Part shown: positions 1-8,598 of the stretch, piece after piece
Layout: each line of letters opens with the position of its first letter
Numbering within the stretch: position 1 is the first letter of the stretch
Assembly (NCBI GenBank): GCA_903854195.1
Contig: CAINVO010000029.1
Coordinates: 2,557-66,556 of the forward strand
Source of the DNA: an uncultured bacterium
GTDB lineage: Bacteria > Patescibacteriota > Minisyncoccia > Phycocordibacterales > CAINVO01
Reading direction: 5' to 3'
Length of the DNA stretch: 64,000 nucleotides
The notes under the pieces: generated by a model
What the model was told of the DNA's origin: nothing
What the model saw: only the letters and a program-made list of their open reading frames with translations
The model's database searches: none
Made by a program: the position numbers and the translations under genes

Positions 1-144
1 AGCTTTTGTTGTGAAATGGTTGAATGGAGGCATAGTTTTATTTTAAATAATTAAAGAAATAATGAGATTTCTAAAGTAAATGGAAAAGGTCTGAAAACGG
101 CTTATTTAATAGGTTTTACTGTAATTTTCCAACCTAATTGTACC

Positions 145-1425
145 TTAAAATATGATTTTTGCAATTGCCTTTACAAATAAATCAATATCTTTTTTAGTAG
201 TGAATCGTCCGAGACTAATGCGTAGTGAACTTTTTGCACATTCATTTTTTCCAAGTGCCTCTATAACGTACGAGGAGGAATCTTCACTTGATATTTTACA
301 ACTTGAAACTGATGAGATCGATACGCCTTTTACATCAAGCTGGAGGACGATGAACTCTGCATCAATCAGGTCAAGATTGGAATCACTATTTTTTTTAGAC
401 GATTTTAGACAGATGCTTAGAAAATTTGGAGCGACATCAGGATTGTCGATTGGGACATTTAAAGAAAAATTAAATCTGTTAGACATTTCTGATTTCTCGG
501 AAACATTTTTTAACTTTTCCAAACAATAACTCCTAAGTTCTAGGATCCTCAGAGACTCTTTTGAGTTTTCAGAAATCGCGATCCTAAGTGCTTCTGCAAA
601 ACCCACTATAGCTGCTGGATTTTCAGTACCTGACCGAAGACCATTCTCCTGCCCACCTCCATAGATAATTGGTAAAATATTTTTCTGAGCATTTCTATGC
701 ACAAATAGAACACCACTACCTTTTGGTCCATAAATCTTTGACGCATCCAACGTCATAAGGTCTATGCCGAGCTGGGGTACCCCTAAATTACAAAACAGGG
801 CTGCTTGACTTGCGTCAGTATGAAAATAAATTGGAAGACCTTCTTCCCTATTTTTTCTTTCTGCGCGGATAAGCTTAGCTATGTCTTTTATAGGCTGTAT
901 AGTCCCAACCTCATTATTTACATACATTATAGAAATCAAAATTGTTTCAGGCCGAATAGACTTCTTAATTTCACCGATATCCACAAGTCCATCTTCACTT
1001 ACAGAAATATATGTAACCTCAACAATGCCTTGATTTTCTAAAGCACGGCAAGTCTCAAGAACTGAACTATGCTCTATATTTGAAGTTACAATGTGTGGCT
1101 TAACTTTCGCCAGATCACTACTGTCAACAACATTGTTCGAATTTGAAATAGCCAATATTCCTCTAACCATACCCATGATTGCAAGATTATTTGATTCCGT
1201 TCCTCCACTTGTAAAAAATATTTCGTCTGAATGACCCCCAATAATATCTGCGACACTTTTGCGTGCCTCTAATATTTTTTTAGATACAAAAACTCCCTCT
1301 TTGTATAAAGATGATGCATTGCAAAAACCACCATCAAAACCCGCCATTAAAAAAGGCTTCATGGCTTTTAGAACTCTTTTGTCTAATGGTGTTGTAGATG
1401 CATAATCTAAATATACTCGTGACAT
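145..1425 (-). CDS. iscS: Cysteine desulfurase, class V aminotransferase (IscS/NifS group I)
   Basis: 426 aa; motifs FTSGGTESNN and HTDASQ, PLP-fold pattern; full-length similarity to IscS/NifS. Confidence 0.8.
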   Translation of the reverse strand: MSRVYLDYASTTPLDKRVLKAMKPFLMAGFDGGFCNASSLYKEGVFVSKKILEARKSVADIIGGHSDEIFFTSGGTESNNLAIMGMVRGILAISNSNNVVDSSDLAKVKPHIVTSNIEHSSVLETCRALENQGIVEVTYISVSEDGLVDIGEIKKSIRPETILISIMYVNNEVGTIQPIKDIAKLIRAERKNREEGLPIYFHTDASQAALFCNLGVPQLGIDLMTLDASKIYGPKGSGVLFVHRNAQKNILPIIYGGGQENGLRSGTENPAAIVGFAEALRIAISENSKESLRILELRSYCLEKLKNVSEKSEMSNRFNFSLNVPIDNPDVAPNFLSICLKSSKKNSDSNLDLIDAEFIVLQLDVKGVSISSVSSCKISSEDSSSYVIEALGKNECAKSSLRISLGRFTTKKDIDLFVKAIAKIIF

Positions 1426-1490
1426 ATACCACCCATATTACGACACTCTTGCTTTTTTGCAAAAAGTCAGTTTTAGTGTATACTTTTCAA

Positions 1491-1991
1491 ATGCTTTTCT
1501 TCTATCAAACCGTATCTCAAAATCCGGCTTTAATTTTAGAAATAGTCACAGTGTTGGCTGTATTTTTTTTGTTACTTCTTGCCTGGATCATCAGACTTGA
1601 AATTAGAATGAAAAGACTACTAGTAGGAGAACACACAAAAAATATTCCAGAATCACTTACCTTCATAAAAAACTCTCTTTCAGACTTATCATCTTTTCGT
1701 AAGGAGTCTGAGCAATATTTAGAGACAGTTGAAAAAAGACTACGTAACAGTGTACAAGCGGTTGAGACAGTACGCTTCAACCCATTCAAAGGAATGGGCA
1801 CCGGAGGTAATCAGAGCTTCTCTACTGCACTACTTGATGAAAAAGGAAACGGGGTTGTTATTTCAAGCCTATATTCAAACGACCGAGTTTCCGTTTTCGC
1901 CAAACCAATTGTATCTGGAAAATCTGTATACGAACTGAGTGACGAAGAAAAAGAAAGTCTCACCAAGGCAAAGACCGCATTAAAAAGATAG
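1491..1991 (+). CDS. DUF4446-family protein (N-terminal TM helix)
   Basis: ORF track 1398..1991 would overlap iscS start. Internal Met at 1491 gives a TM helix then the conserved RFNPFKGMGTGGNQSF...SLYSNDRVS core typical of DUF4446. Confidence 0.55.
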   Translation: MLFFYQTVSQNPALILEIVTVLAVFFLLLLAWIIRLEIRMKRLLVGEHTKNIPESLTFIKNSLSDLSSFRKESEQYLETVEKRLRNSVQAVETVRFNPFKGMGTGGNQSFSTALLDEKGNGVVISSLYSNDRVSVFAKPIVSGKSVYELSDEEKESLTKAKTALKR

Positions 1992-2018
1992 TATGACTCA
2001 CCTAACCAACAAAAAGCT

Positions 2019-3581
2019 ATGCAGAAAAATACTCCGGATAACTCCGAACAACAAAATCAAGAACGACCTCCTGTAGTAGCAATTATGGGTCATATTGACC
2101 ATGGAAAATCCACACTTCTTGATTTCATTCGTAAATCAAACATAGTAGACAAAGAAATTGGTGGTATTACACAAAACATGTCTGCATATGAGGTATTGCA
2201 CCCAGTTGCAGCTGTTGATGGTAAAAACGCAACAAACAAAAAAATAACTTTCCTAGACACACCAGGTCATGAGTCTTTTTCACTTCTACGCAGTCGTGGA
2301 GCAAGTGTGGCAGATCTTGCCGTGCTTGTTGTATCAGCAGAAGACGGAGTAAAACCTCAGACATTGGATGCATTCAAGGCAATAACAGACGCCAACCTTC
2401 CTTATATAGTTGCTATAAACAAAATCGACAGACCCGGTGCTGATATCGAAAGAACAAAACTAAGCCTTGCTGAGAATAATATTTTCGTTGAAGGATACGG
2501 CGGCAGCATCACAGTTGTACCTATTTCCGCCAAGCTTGGAACAAATGTACCTGAACTTTTGGACATGATACTTTTAACAGCCGAGATGTCTGAACTAGTT
2601 GGAGATGTGGCTCGTACTGGCGAAGGTGTAGTAATCGAAACAAATCGCGACAAATCTGGTGTGTCAGCAACCATGATAGTGAAAAATGGCACCATCCGTA
2701 AAGGAATGTTTGTTGTGTCCGAAAAAGTCGGTGGTGGTTATACAATTGCCCCTGTCCGTATTTTAGAAAATTCAAATTCAAAACCAATAAACGCAGGCAC
2801 ATTCTCATCCCCTGTTAGAGTTGTTGGGTTCAGTGATATGCCTCAAACTGGTTCTATTTTTCATTCATTTAATACAAAAAAAGAAGCTGAAGCTTACACA
2901 GAAGATGCCGCCAACGGAAAAGAGAAAACTAGTTCAAAAAACAACAACGGAAACAACGGCATTCGCAACAAAACTCAGGCTTATGTTCTACCTATTATCA
3001 TCAAGGCCAACACATCTGGTGTTATTGATGCAATTGATTATGAAATAAACAAAATAAAAAACGACCGTATTTGTTACAAAATATTATACAGTGGCATCGG
3101 CGACATTTCAGAGAATGATATAAAAATTGCTGCTGGAAAAGAAGGAACACTAGTTCTTGGTTTTTCAACAAAAATAGATGGTTCTGCAAAAGCACTAGCA
3201 GAAAGAGTTGGTATTGAAGTAAGAGTTTTTGACATTATTTACAAGCTCACAGAATGGCTACAAGAAACAGCTCAAGCTCGTACACCCAAAATGGAAGTTG
3301 AAGAACAAAAAGGCCGCGTCAAGATTCTTAAATTTTTTAGCCGCACAAAAGACAAACAGGTTATTGGTGCAAGAGTTGAAGAAGGAAAGATTTCTATTGG
3401 TGATATCGTAAGAATTATCCGCCGCGAATCAGAGATCGGACGAGGTACCGTAAGAGAGCTCCAACAGGCCAAATCAAAGACCGGAGAGATCACCGAAGGA
3501 GAGTTTGGTGCAATGATTGAATCAAAAATTGAACTCGCTCCAGGAGACAAAGTAGAGCCTTTCCATGTTGTAAGTAAATAA
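2019..3581 (+). CDS. infB: Translation initiation factor IF-2 (short, N-terminally reduced form)
   Basis: G-domain motifs GHIDHGKST, DTPGH, NKID; 520 aa; conserved infB-rbfA synteny. Confidence 0.92.
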   Translation: MQKNTPDNSEQQNQERPPVVAIMGHIDHGKSTLLDFIRKSNIVDKEIGGITQNMSAYEVLHPVAAVDGKNATNKKITFLDTPGHESFSLLRSRGASVADLAVLVVSAEDGVKPQTLDAFKAITDANLPYIVAINKIDRPGADIERTKLSLAENNIFVEGYGGSITVVPISAKLGTNVPELLDMILLTAEMSELVGDVARTGEGVVIETNRDKSGVSATMIVKNGTIRKGMFVVSEKVGGGYTIAPVRILENSNSKPINAGTFSSPVRVVGFSDMPQTGSIFHSFNTKKEAEAYTEDAANGKEKTSSKNNNGNNGIRNKTQAYVLPIIIKANTSGVIDAIDYEINKIKNDRICYKILYSGIGDISENDIKIAAGKEGTLVLGFSTKIDGSAKALAERVGIEVRVFDIIYKLTEWLQETAQARTPKMEVEEQKGRVKILKFFSRTKDKQVIGARVEEGKISIGDIVRIIRRESEIGRGTVRELQQAKSKTGEITEGEFGAMIESKIELAPGDKVEPFHVVSK

Positions 3582-3645
3582 ACAGGTAACACAATCTAGA
3601 TAAAATAATTGCAAAGAAACGATAAATAGACTATAAACAACGCAT

Positions 3646-3969
3646 ATGGCATACAGATCAGAAAAAATTACAGAGATGTTGAAGCATTTGGCGGGAAAAT
3701 TCCTTGCTGAGGAGTCCAATGGCCAATCACTAATTACTGTAACAAACGTTACCCTTTCAGATGATGAAAAAACTGCTGTAATTTTATTTACGGTTTTTCC
3801 TGATAGTAAAGAAGCAGCTGTTCTTGATTTTACAAAACGAAAGCGAAGTGAATTCAAAAAATACGTAAAATCCAATAGTTCAATCGGACGAATTCCCTTT
3901 TTTGATTTTTCAATTGATGGTGGCGAAAAAAATCGTCAATTGATAGACAACATAAGTCACAGCCTCTAA
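3646..3969 (+). CDS. rbfA: Ribosome-binding factor A
   Basis: 107 aa, RbfA-like pattern (KITEMLKH...ITVTNVTLSDD), immediately downstream of infB with no terminator between. Confidence 0.75.
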   Translation: MAYRSEKITEMLKHLAGKFLAEESNGQSLITVTNVTLSDDEKTAVILFTVFPDSKEAAVLDFTKRKRSEFKKYVKSNSSIGRIPFFDFSIDGGEKNRQLIDNISHSL

Positions 3970-4058
3970 TTTTGAGACCATTCCATCATATGTTATCCTA
4001 GTAATGCCCATGTGGCAGACCATACCTTGAGCTTAACTCAATACTTTGATCAAAACAT

Positions 4059-4133
4059 GGCGTAGTAGCCAAGTGGTAAGGCAAGGATCTGCAAAATCTT
4101 TATACGCCGGTTCGATTCCGGCCTACGCCTCCA
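4059..4133 (+). tRNA. tRNA-Cys (GCA), CCA encoded
   Basis: Cloverleaf: acceptor GGCGTAG/CTACGCC, anticodon loop CTGCAAA, T-loop TTCGATT. Confidence 0.85.
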
Positions 4134-4186
4134 AAAACATCTAACAGGTAGATTTATCAAGTCTTTTTTGCTAAAGTATATGTCAC

Positions 4187-4270
4187 GCCCGGGTGACGTA
4201 ATTGGTAGCCGTATGAGACTTAAAATCTCAGGATCGCAAGATCGTGTGGGTTCGATTCCCACCCCGGGCA
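4187..4270 (+). tRNA. tRNA-Leu (TAA), type II with long variable arm
   Basis: Acceptor GCCCGGG/CCCGGGC, anticodon loop CTTAAAA, long variable arm, T-loop TTCGATT. Confidence 0.85.
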
Positions 4271-4333
4271 CAATAAGAGAACACTACCGCAAAAAACATA
4301 ATTTCTAAAAATGTAAGTAAAAATAAGTTCAAA

Positions 4334-5170
4334 ATATTAGACGGCAAAAAGCTGAGTGTTTTACTTGCGGAAGATTTAAAAGAAAAAATACAAAAGTTAA
4401 AAATCAAGCCAAAACTGATCATTATTCAGATTGGTGATTTGGACGCCTCAAATATTTATATTCGTAGAAAAATTTCATTTGCCCAAAAAATTGGAGCTTT
4501 AGTGGAACATAAAAAATATCCTGAAAGTACAAAAGAATCAAAAATTATTCTAGACATCGTAAAATACAACTTAGACAAAACAGTCCACGGCATTATTGTA
4601 CAACTACCAATTCCGAGCCATTTTAATAAAAATAAAATTATTGAGTCAGTTGATCCAAATAAAGATATTGATGGACTAACCTCATTTAATACAAAACGCC
4701 TATTTGATAACCAAGAAATTATTACACCCGCCACAACAAAAGGCATACTAACTTTACTTGATTATTACAAAATAAAAATTGATGGGAAAAGAGTAGCAAT
4801 AGTTGGTCGTTCGTCTCTAGTTGGTAAACCTACAGCCCTTGCTTTCCTAAACAGAAACTCTACCGTAGTTGTCTGCCATTCACATACAAAGCATTTAGAA
4901 AAAATTACCAAGGACTGTGACATCATTATTGCAGCTATTGGTTACCCAAAATTTATAACAAAAAAGCATCTCTCAAAAAACCAGACTATTATTGATGTAG
5001 GCATCAATCTTGGTACAAACGGCAAACTCGTCGGTGACACTGATTATGAGGCCATAAAAGGCTCTGTAGGGGCAATTTCACCGGTTCCTGGGGGTGTAGG
5101 GCCAATGACCATAGTATCTATTTTCCAAAACCTTTTAATTACCCATTCCCTACAAATAAAGAAAAAATAA
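4334..5170 (+). CDS. folD: Bifunctional methylenetetrahydrofolate dehydrogenase / methenyl-THF cyclohydrolase
   Basis: Conserved FolD motifs (ILDGKKLS at N-terminus, GIIVQLPIP, DVDG, VVGRSSLVGKP, PVPGGVGPMT). ORF-track TTG at 4439 would remove the conserved N-terminal ~35 aa. The in-frame upstream run back to the TAA at 4274 has no ATG/GTG/TTG, so the start is set provisionally at ATA 4334. Confidence 0.8.
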   Translation: MLDGKKLSVLLAEDLKEKIQKLKIKPKLIIIQIGDLDASNIYIRRKISFAQKIGALVEHKKYPESTKESKIILDIVKYNLDKTVHGIIVQLPIPSHFNKNKIIESVDPNKDIDGLTSFNTKRLFDNQEIITPATTKGILTLLDYYKIKIDGKRVAIVGRSSLVGKPTALAFLNRNSTVVVCHSHTKHLEKITKDCDIIIAAIGYPKFITKKHLSKNQTIIDVGINLGTNGKLVGDTDYEAIKGSVGAISPVPGGVGPMTIVSIFQNLLITHSLQIKKK

Positions 5171-5328
5171 TTCCAGACATAGACAAAAAAACTTTAAACC
5201 TGTACTGTTTTTTGTTTACGAACACAGACCACGAATATTGACAATTTGATTTTTAGTGTTAGTCTGAGGCTAGAAACAAACTGTGTCGGGTGGATACCTA
5301 ACCAGTTTACAAACAGGAGGAATAACTT

Positions 5329-6048
5329 ATGATCATTAAAATATTGCTGGAGGATGCCCAAAAAATGGGACTCTTCGAAACATCGCTTATCATTGGGCTA
5401 ACAGTTGCCTACTTTTCAGCTTTATTCATTCAAGCTGAAGAAGTGCGAAAATACTACAAAACATTTCCGCCTTCCCAAACCATCTACCACGCAGGTCTGG
5501 CAAATTTATTTATTTACTTTTGCTTTTACTGCGATTCAATGAAACACCCCGTACTGGCAGTTGCAAGCTTTCTATGTGCCAGCGGTAACGAAACAATCGC
5601 GTTATGGGCATCAAAGATAGGCCCAACTAAAAAAACAATGACTGTCGTTGTGTCGTTCGGACTAGTACCCATCATTGTCATCATGGTTGCAATGATTAGT
5701 AAAATGACGGTTACAGGCGGTCACACAGAAATCCAGATGCTTCTAGCCACGGCCGTCCTTGTGAGTTTAATTGGACTTGCAATTTCCACAGAGATTTGGG
5801 AAAAGAAAAAAGTTGAAGGTTTTGCAAATACTTGTAAAATCTACAAAAGCCACCAAGCAATATGTATTGCAATACTGTTGTTCATTTGGATTCCGCTGTT
5901 CATTGGCGAGCCTATCGATTTCCTTGGATCAAAAAGTCTGATGATTATTTTTCTGAGTGTTGCCACAGCGGCAATTTCCAGAAGAATGTTGCTAACTGAT
6001 TTAAGTCAGCAAATCAACGAAACACAAAATCCCCCTATCACAACTTGA
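5329..6048 (+). CDS. Polytopic membrane protein, unknown function
   Basis: 239 aa, about 6 hydrophobic helices, strong SD (ACAGGAGGAATAACTTATG). Confidence 0.5.
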   Translation: MIIKILLEDAQKMGLFETSLIIGLTVAYFSALFIQAEEVRKYYKTFPPSQTIYHAGLANLFIYFCFYCDSMKHPVLAVASFLCASGNETIALWASKIGPTKKTMTVVVSFGLVPIIVIMVAMISKMTVTGGHTEIQMLLATAVLVSLIGLAISTEIWEKKKVEGFANTCKIYKSHQAICIAILLFIWIPLFIGEPIDFLGSKSLMIIFLSVATAAISRRMLLTDLSQQINETQNPPITT

Positions 6049-6173
6049 GACCAAAAATCATCAAGTTCAAAACCACCGACTGGCAACCGGTGGTTTTTAT
6101 TTTAAAAACATAGTTAAAAATACCATAGGCAAACATTGCTCTTTTTGGTTTTTTTTGGTATAAAAGTACCTAT

Positions 6174-6246
6174 CCGCCCATAGCTCAGATGGTAGAGCGC
6201 TCGCCTCTTAAGCGATTGGTCGTAGGTTCGATTCCTACTGGGCGGA
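6174..6246 (+). tRNA. tRNA-Lys (CTT)
   Basis: Acceptor CCGCCCA/TGGGCGG, D-arm GCTCAGATGGTAGAGC, anticodon loop CTCTTAA, T-loop TTCGATT. Confidence 0.8.
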
Positions 6247-6354
6247 CAAGTAAAATTGATTTTTTATTATTGAAATATTAATTTTATTTTATGTTTACTT
6301 TTCCTCAGTAAGAGGGTAAAGTATTCAGGAGCCGGAAAGTTGAAAGATAAATAT

Positions 6355-6438
6355 GCCGAGGTGGCGAAATTGGCAGACGCACTTGCCTTAGGAGCAAGCG
6401 GGGTTAAACCCATGGAGGTTCAAGTCCTCTCCTCGGCA
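6355..6438 (+). tRNA. tRNA-Leu (TAG), type II
   Basis: Acceptor GCCGAGG/CCTCGGC, anticodon loop CTTAGGA, long variable arm, T-loop TTCAAGT. Confidence 0.85.
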
Positions 6439-6443
6439 CAAAA

Positions 6444-6484
6444 AACAAAATACACAACCTTACGGTTGTGTATTTTGTTTTTTG
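6444..6484. terminator. Intrinsic terminator (bidirectional)
   Basis: acaaaatacacaacc-ttac-ggttgtgtattttgt flanked by an A-run and a T-run. Confidence 0.7.
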
Positions 6485-6623
6485 TAATAGCCGAAGAGAG
6501 GACTTGAAAGCCGGACTGAAGTCTCGATGTGAGCGACCTTGCGAACCGAGACGAGGGAGGCGGGGTCTCGTGGAAAATTGCGCAGCAATTTTAACATGTG
6601 ACCAAGTCCACAAAACACATAAC

Positions 6624-6662
6624 AAAAAAACACCACCTCTTTCGAAGTGGTGCTTTTTTATT
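6624..6662. terminator. Intrinsic terminator (bidirectional; serves the minus-strand pilin-like gene 6675..6950)
   Basis: aaaaaaa-CACCACCTCTTTCGAAGTGGTG-cttttttat. Confidence 0.65.
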
Positions 6663-6674
6663 TACTCGCTTTTA

Positions 6675-6950
6675 TTATTTCTTTATTTGATTGATAGCAG
6701 TTGAGTCAGCACCAATTGTGTTTATGATTACGTTCACAATGCCGAATGCAGAAAGCATAATGGCAAGACCTACAATTCCCCACAATATATGTCTACCTCC
6801 CTTTGTGCGTGCCTCCTCACTATCTGAGTGACCCACAAACTCTAATACCCCCCAAAGAAAAACCAGAAGTGCTACAGCAACCAAAAGCAGTATTATCGGA
6901 TTAACAATATACTGGTCAATTTTGTGAATGAAATTTAAAGCCGGAGTCAT
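6675..6950 (-). CDS. Small two-helix membrane protein, VirB2/TrbC-like pilin family (paralog 1)
   Basis: 91 aa; hydrophobic helix - charged loop (GHSDSEEARTKGG) - hydrophobic helix; paralogous to 6969..7343 and 7505..7801. Confidence 0.55.
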   Translation of the reverse strand: MTPALNFIHKIDQYIVNPIILLLVAVALLVFLWGVLEFVGHSDSEEARTKGGRHILWGIVGLAIMLSAFGIVNVIINTIGADSTAINQIKK

Positions 6951-6968
6951 TTATTAGTACTAATTGTA

Positions 6969-7343
6969 TTAGTTTACTTGACCACCTACATTTGGAAGTC
7001 CAGGTGCATTGATAGGTGTGTTATCTAGTCCAGGAATACTTGTCTTCAAAATGTTAACAAGTCCCCATACTGATACCATCACAAACAAAGCAATAATGCC
7101 CCAAAGCATAAAGCTTCTTGCTTCACGTCTTTTTTCTTCATCAGCACCTGACACAACGTACAAAAGAATACCCCAAAGAAAGACCAATACTGTCAATGAG
7201 ATAATGAAAGGTAGAAGCTGGTTGATAAGTGAACTTGCTTGTGTAAGCAAAAGGAAAATACCGTTGACACCTGTAGCTGCAAAAGCTAGGAAAGGTGCCG
7301 CACTGAGTGTCACTGTTGAAATACCTATGAGTGTTTTTTTCAT
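6969..7343 (-). CDS. Small secreted two-helix membrane protein, VirB2/TrbC-like pilin family (paralog 2)
   Basis: 124 aa; predicted signal peptide (..AFAATG), then LLPFIISLTVLVFLWG..SGADEEKRREAR..GLVNIL; about 70% identical to paralog 3 over the core. Confidence 0.6.
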   Translation of the reverse strand: MKKTLIGISTVTLSAAPFLAFAATGVNGIFLLLTQASSLINQLLPFIISLTVLVFLWGILLYVVSGADEEKRREARSFMLWGIIALFVMVSVWGLVNILKTSIPGLDNTPINAPGLPNVGGQVN

Positions 7344-7504
7344 TTAGTTCTATTAAAATAATAATTTTATAAAGCGAGCTTTGATATTGAAAGATATTCA
7401 AACTCCCTTACATTTTAGCAACTTTTGTTTTGAAATACAAAGGTTTTTAAATTTATGTGGGGATAGTAAATGTTTACTAAAAATTTAAATACAGATTATT
7501 AAAG

Positions 7505-7801
7505 CTACTGGAGCTGAGGAATAATAACTGCACCTCCAAAAAGAGTACCTGTGAGAATATTTACCAAACCCCAAACTGATACCATCACGGCAAGCCCGAT
7601 AATACCGTAGATCATGAAATTTCTTCCTTCTATGCGCTTATCCTCACTTCCTGCAGACATAACGAAGTTAAAAATACCCCAAAGAAAAACTAAAATCGTT
7701 AAACTTATAATTAAGGGCAGTAACTGATTTATAAGTGCGGCAATAAGGTGCACAACATCCGTAAAATTTGCAACAGCTGCTGTTTGTGTTGATGGCTTCA
7801 T
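7505..7801 (-). CDS. Small two-helix membrane protein, VirB2/TrbC-like pilin family (paralog 3)
   Basis: 98 aa; LLPLIISLTILVFLWG..SAGSEDKRIEGR..GLVNIL core. Confidence 0.6.
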   Translation of the reverse strand: MKPSTQTAAVANFTDVVHLIAALINQLLPLIISLTILVFLWGIFNFVMSAGSEDKRIEGRNFMIYGIIGLAVMVSVWGLVNILTGTLFGGAVIIPQLQ

Positions 7802-7807
7802 ATTTAT

Positions 7808-8212
7808 TTATTTTAATTGACCAACTGTACCAGTAATTGCAACTTGAATAACACTAGCTCCCAATATAATAGCTGCTCCGACAACAACCCATGTAAGAGT
7901 TTTGTGTGCTGTTTCAATTTTTTTCACATCCCCTCCCGATGTCACGTAAAGAAAACCTGCATAAATAATAAAGAACACTGTCACAAGTGCCCCAAGAACC
8001 TTAACGACACCTAGGAGCACATTTATAAAATCAGCAAGGGTGCTAGCTGTTTTTATTGGGTTATCCAACTTAGCTTGTGCATCAGCGTTTGAAGCAAAAG
8101 CCAATGTAGATAGAGCAACCATAATAAACCCTGCAGGTTGAACTAATTTCTTAAAAATTTGCTTAATTTTATTTTGTATTTTCATTATTTTAATTTTATC
8201 TTTATGAACCAA
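7808..8212 (-). CDS. Small secreted two-helix membrane protein, VirB2/TrbC-like pilin family (paralog 4, subfamily B)
   Basis: 134 aa; signal peptide (..AFASNADA), core YAGFLYVTSGGDVKK..AHK..; start may be the internal Met at 8185. Confidence 0.55.
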   Translation of the reverse strand: MVHKDKIKIMKIQNKIKQIFKKLVQPAGFIMVALSTLAFASNADAQAKLDNPIKTASTLADFINVLLGVVKVLGALVTVFFIIYAGFLYVTSGGDVKKIETAHKTLTWVVVGAAIILGASVIQVAITGTVGQLK

Positions 8213-8597
8213 GTAAACTATAACCAGGATTCACACCAAGCCCTGTCAAAATAAACTGAACAATTAACCACGCTAGTAAAGCAACAATAAGACCGACAAC
8301 AGCCTTAAACATGACACTATGGGCCTTTTTAACCTGCGTTTCACTTCCAGCTGCTGTAAGGTATAGGAAGCCTGCATAAACAAAAAGTAAAACAGCAGCG
8401 GTTATCGCAAGATAAAGTAAAAAACCCACAACAGTGTTGACCAAAATCATGAAATCACTCCAACCACAACCCTGAGCAGCACTAAAACATTGCAACTGCA
8501 ATGTTTTAGTCTGCGCACTAGCCAGTATTGGGAAAAATAAAAAAACAAATACAGAAAAAATTGATTGGATTTTAAATTTAATTATTTTCTGCATCAT
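8202..8597 (-). CDS. Small secreted two-helix membrane protein, VirB2/TrbC-like pilin family (paralog 5, subfamily B)
   Basis: 131 aa; signal peptide (..PILASA), core YAGFLYLTAAGSETQVKKAHS; similar to paralog 4. Confidence 0.55.
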   Translation of the reverse strand: MMQKIIKFKIQSIFSVFVFLFFPILASAQTKTLQLQCFSAAQGCGWSDFMILVNTVVGFLLYLAITAAVLLFVYAGFLYLTAAGSETQVKKAHSVMFKAVVGLIVALLAWLIVQFILTGLGVNPGYSLLGS

Positions 8598-8598
8598 C

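Noticed and set aside
4050-4271. ORFs overlapping tRNA genes (4050..4271, 6404..6625, 50849..51055, 53094..53297, and the N-terminus of 41669..43021)
   Set aside because: Their translations contain tRNA-encoded peptides such as GFEPT and GSNPS; these are artefacts of ORF calling across tRNA genes.
6136-6165. Promoter for the tRNA-Lys/tRNA-Leu pair (TTGCTC-17-TATAAA)
   Set aside because: It is plausible, but it rests on a weak -35 in AT-rich sequence where such matches are frequent; it is not reported as a feature.
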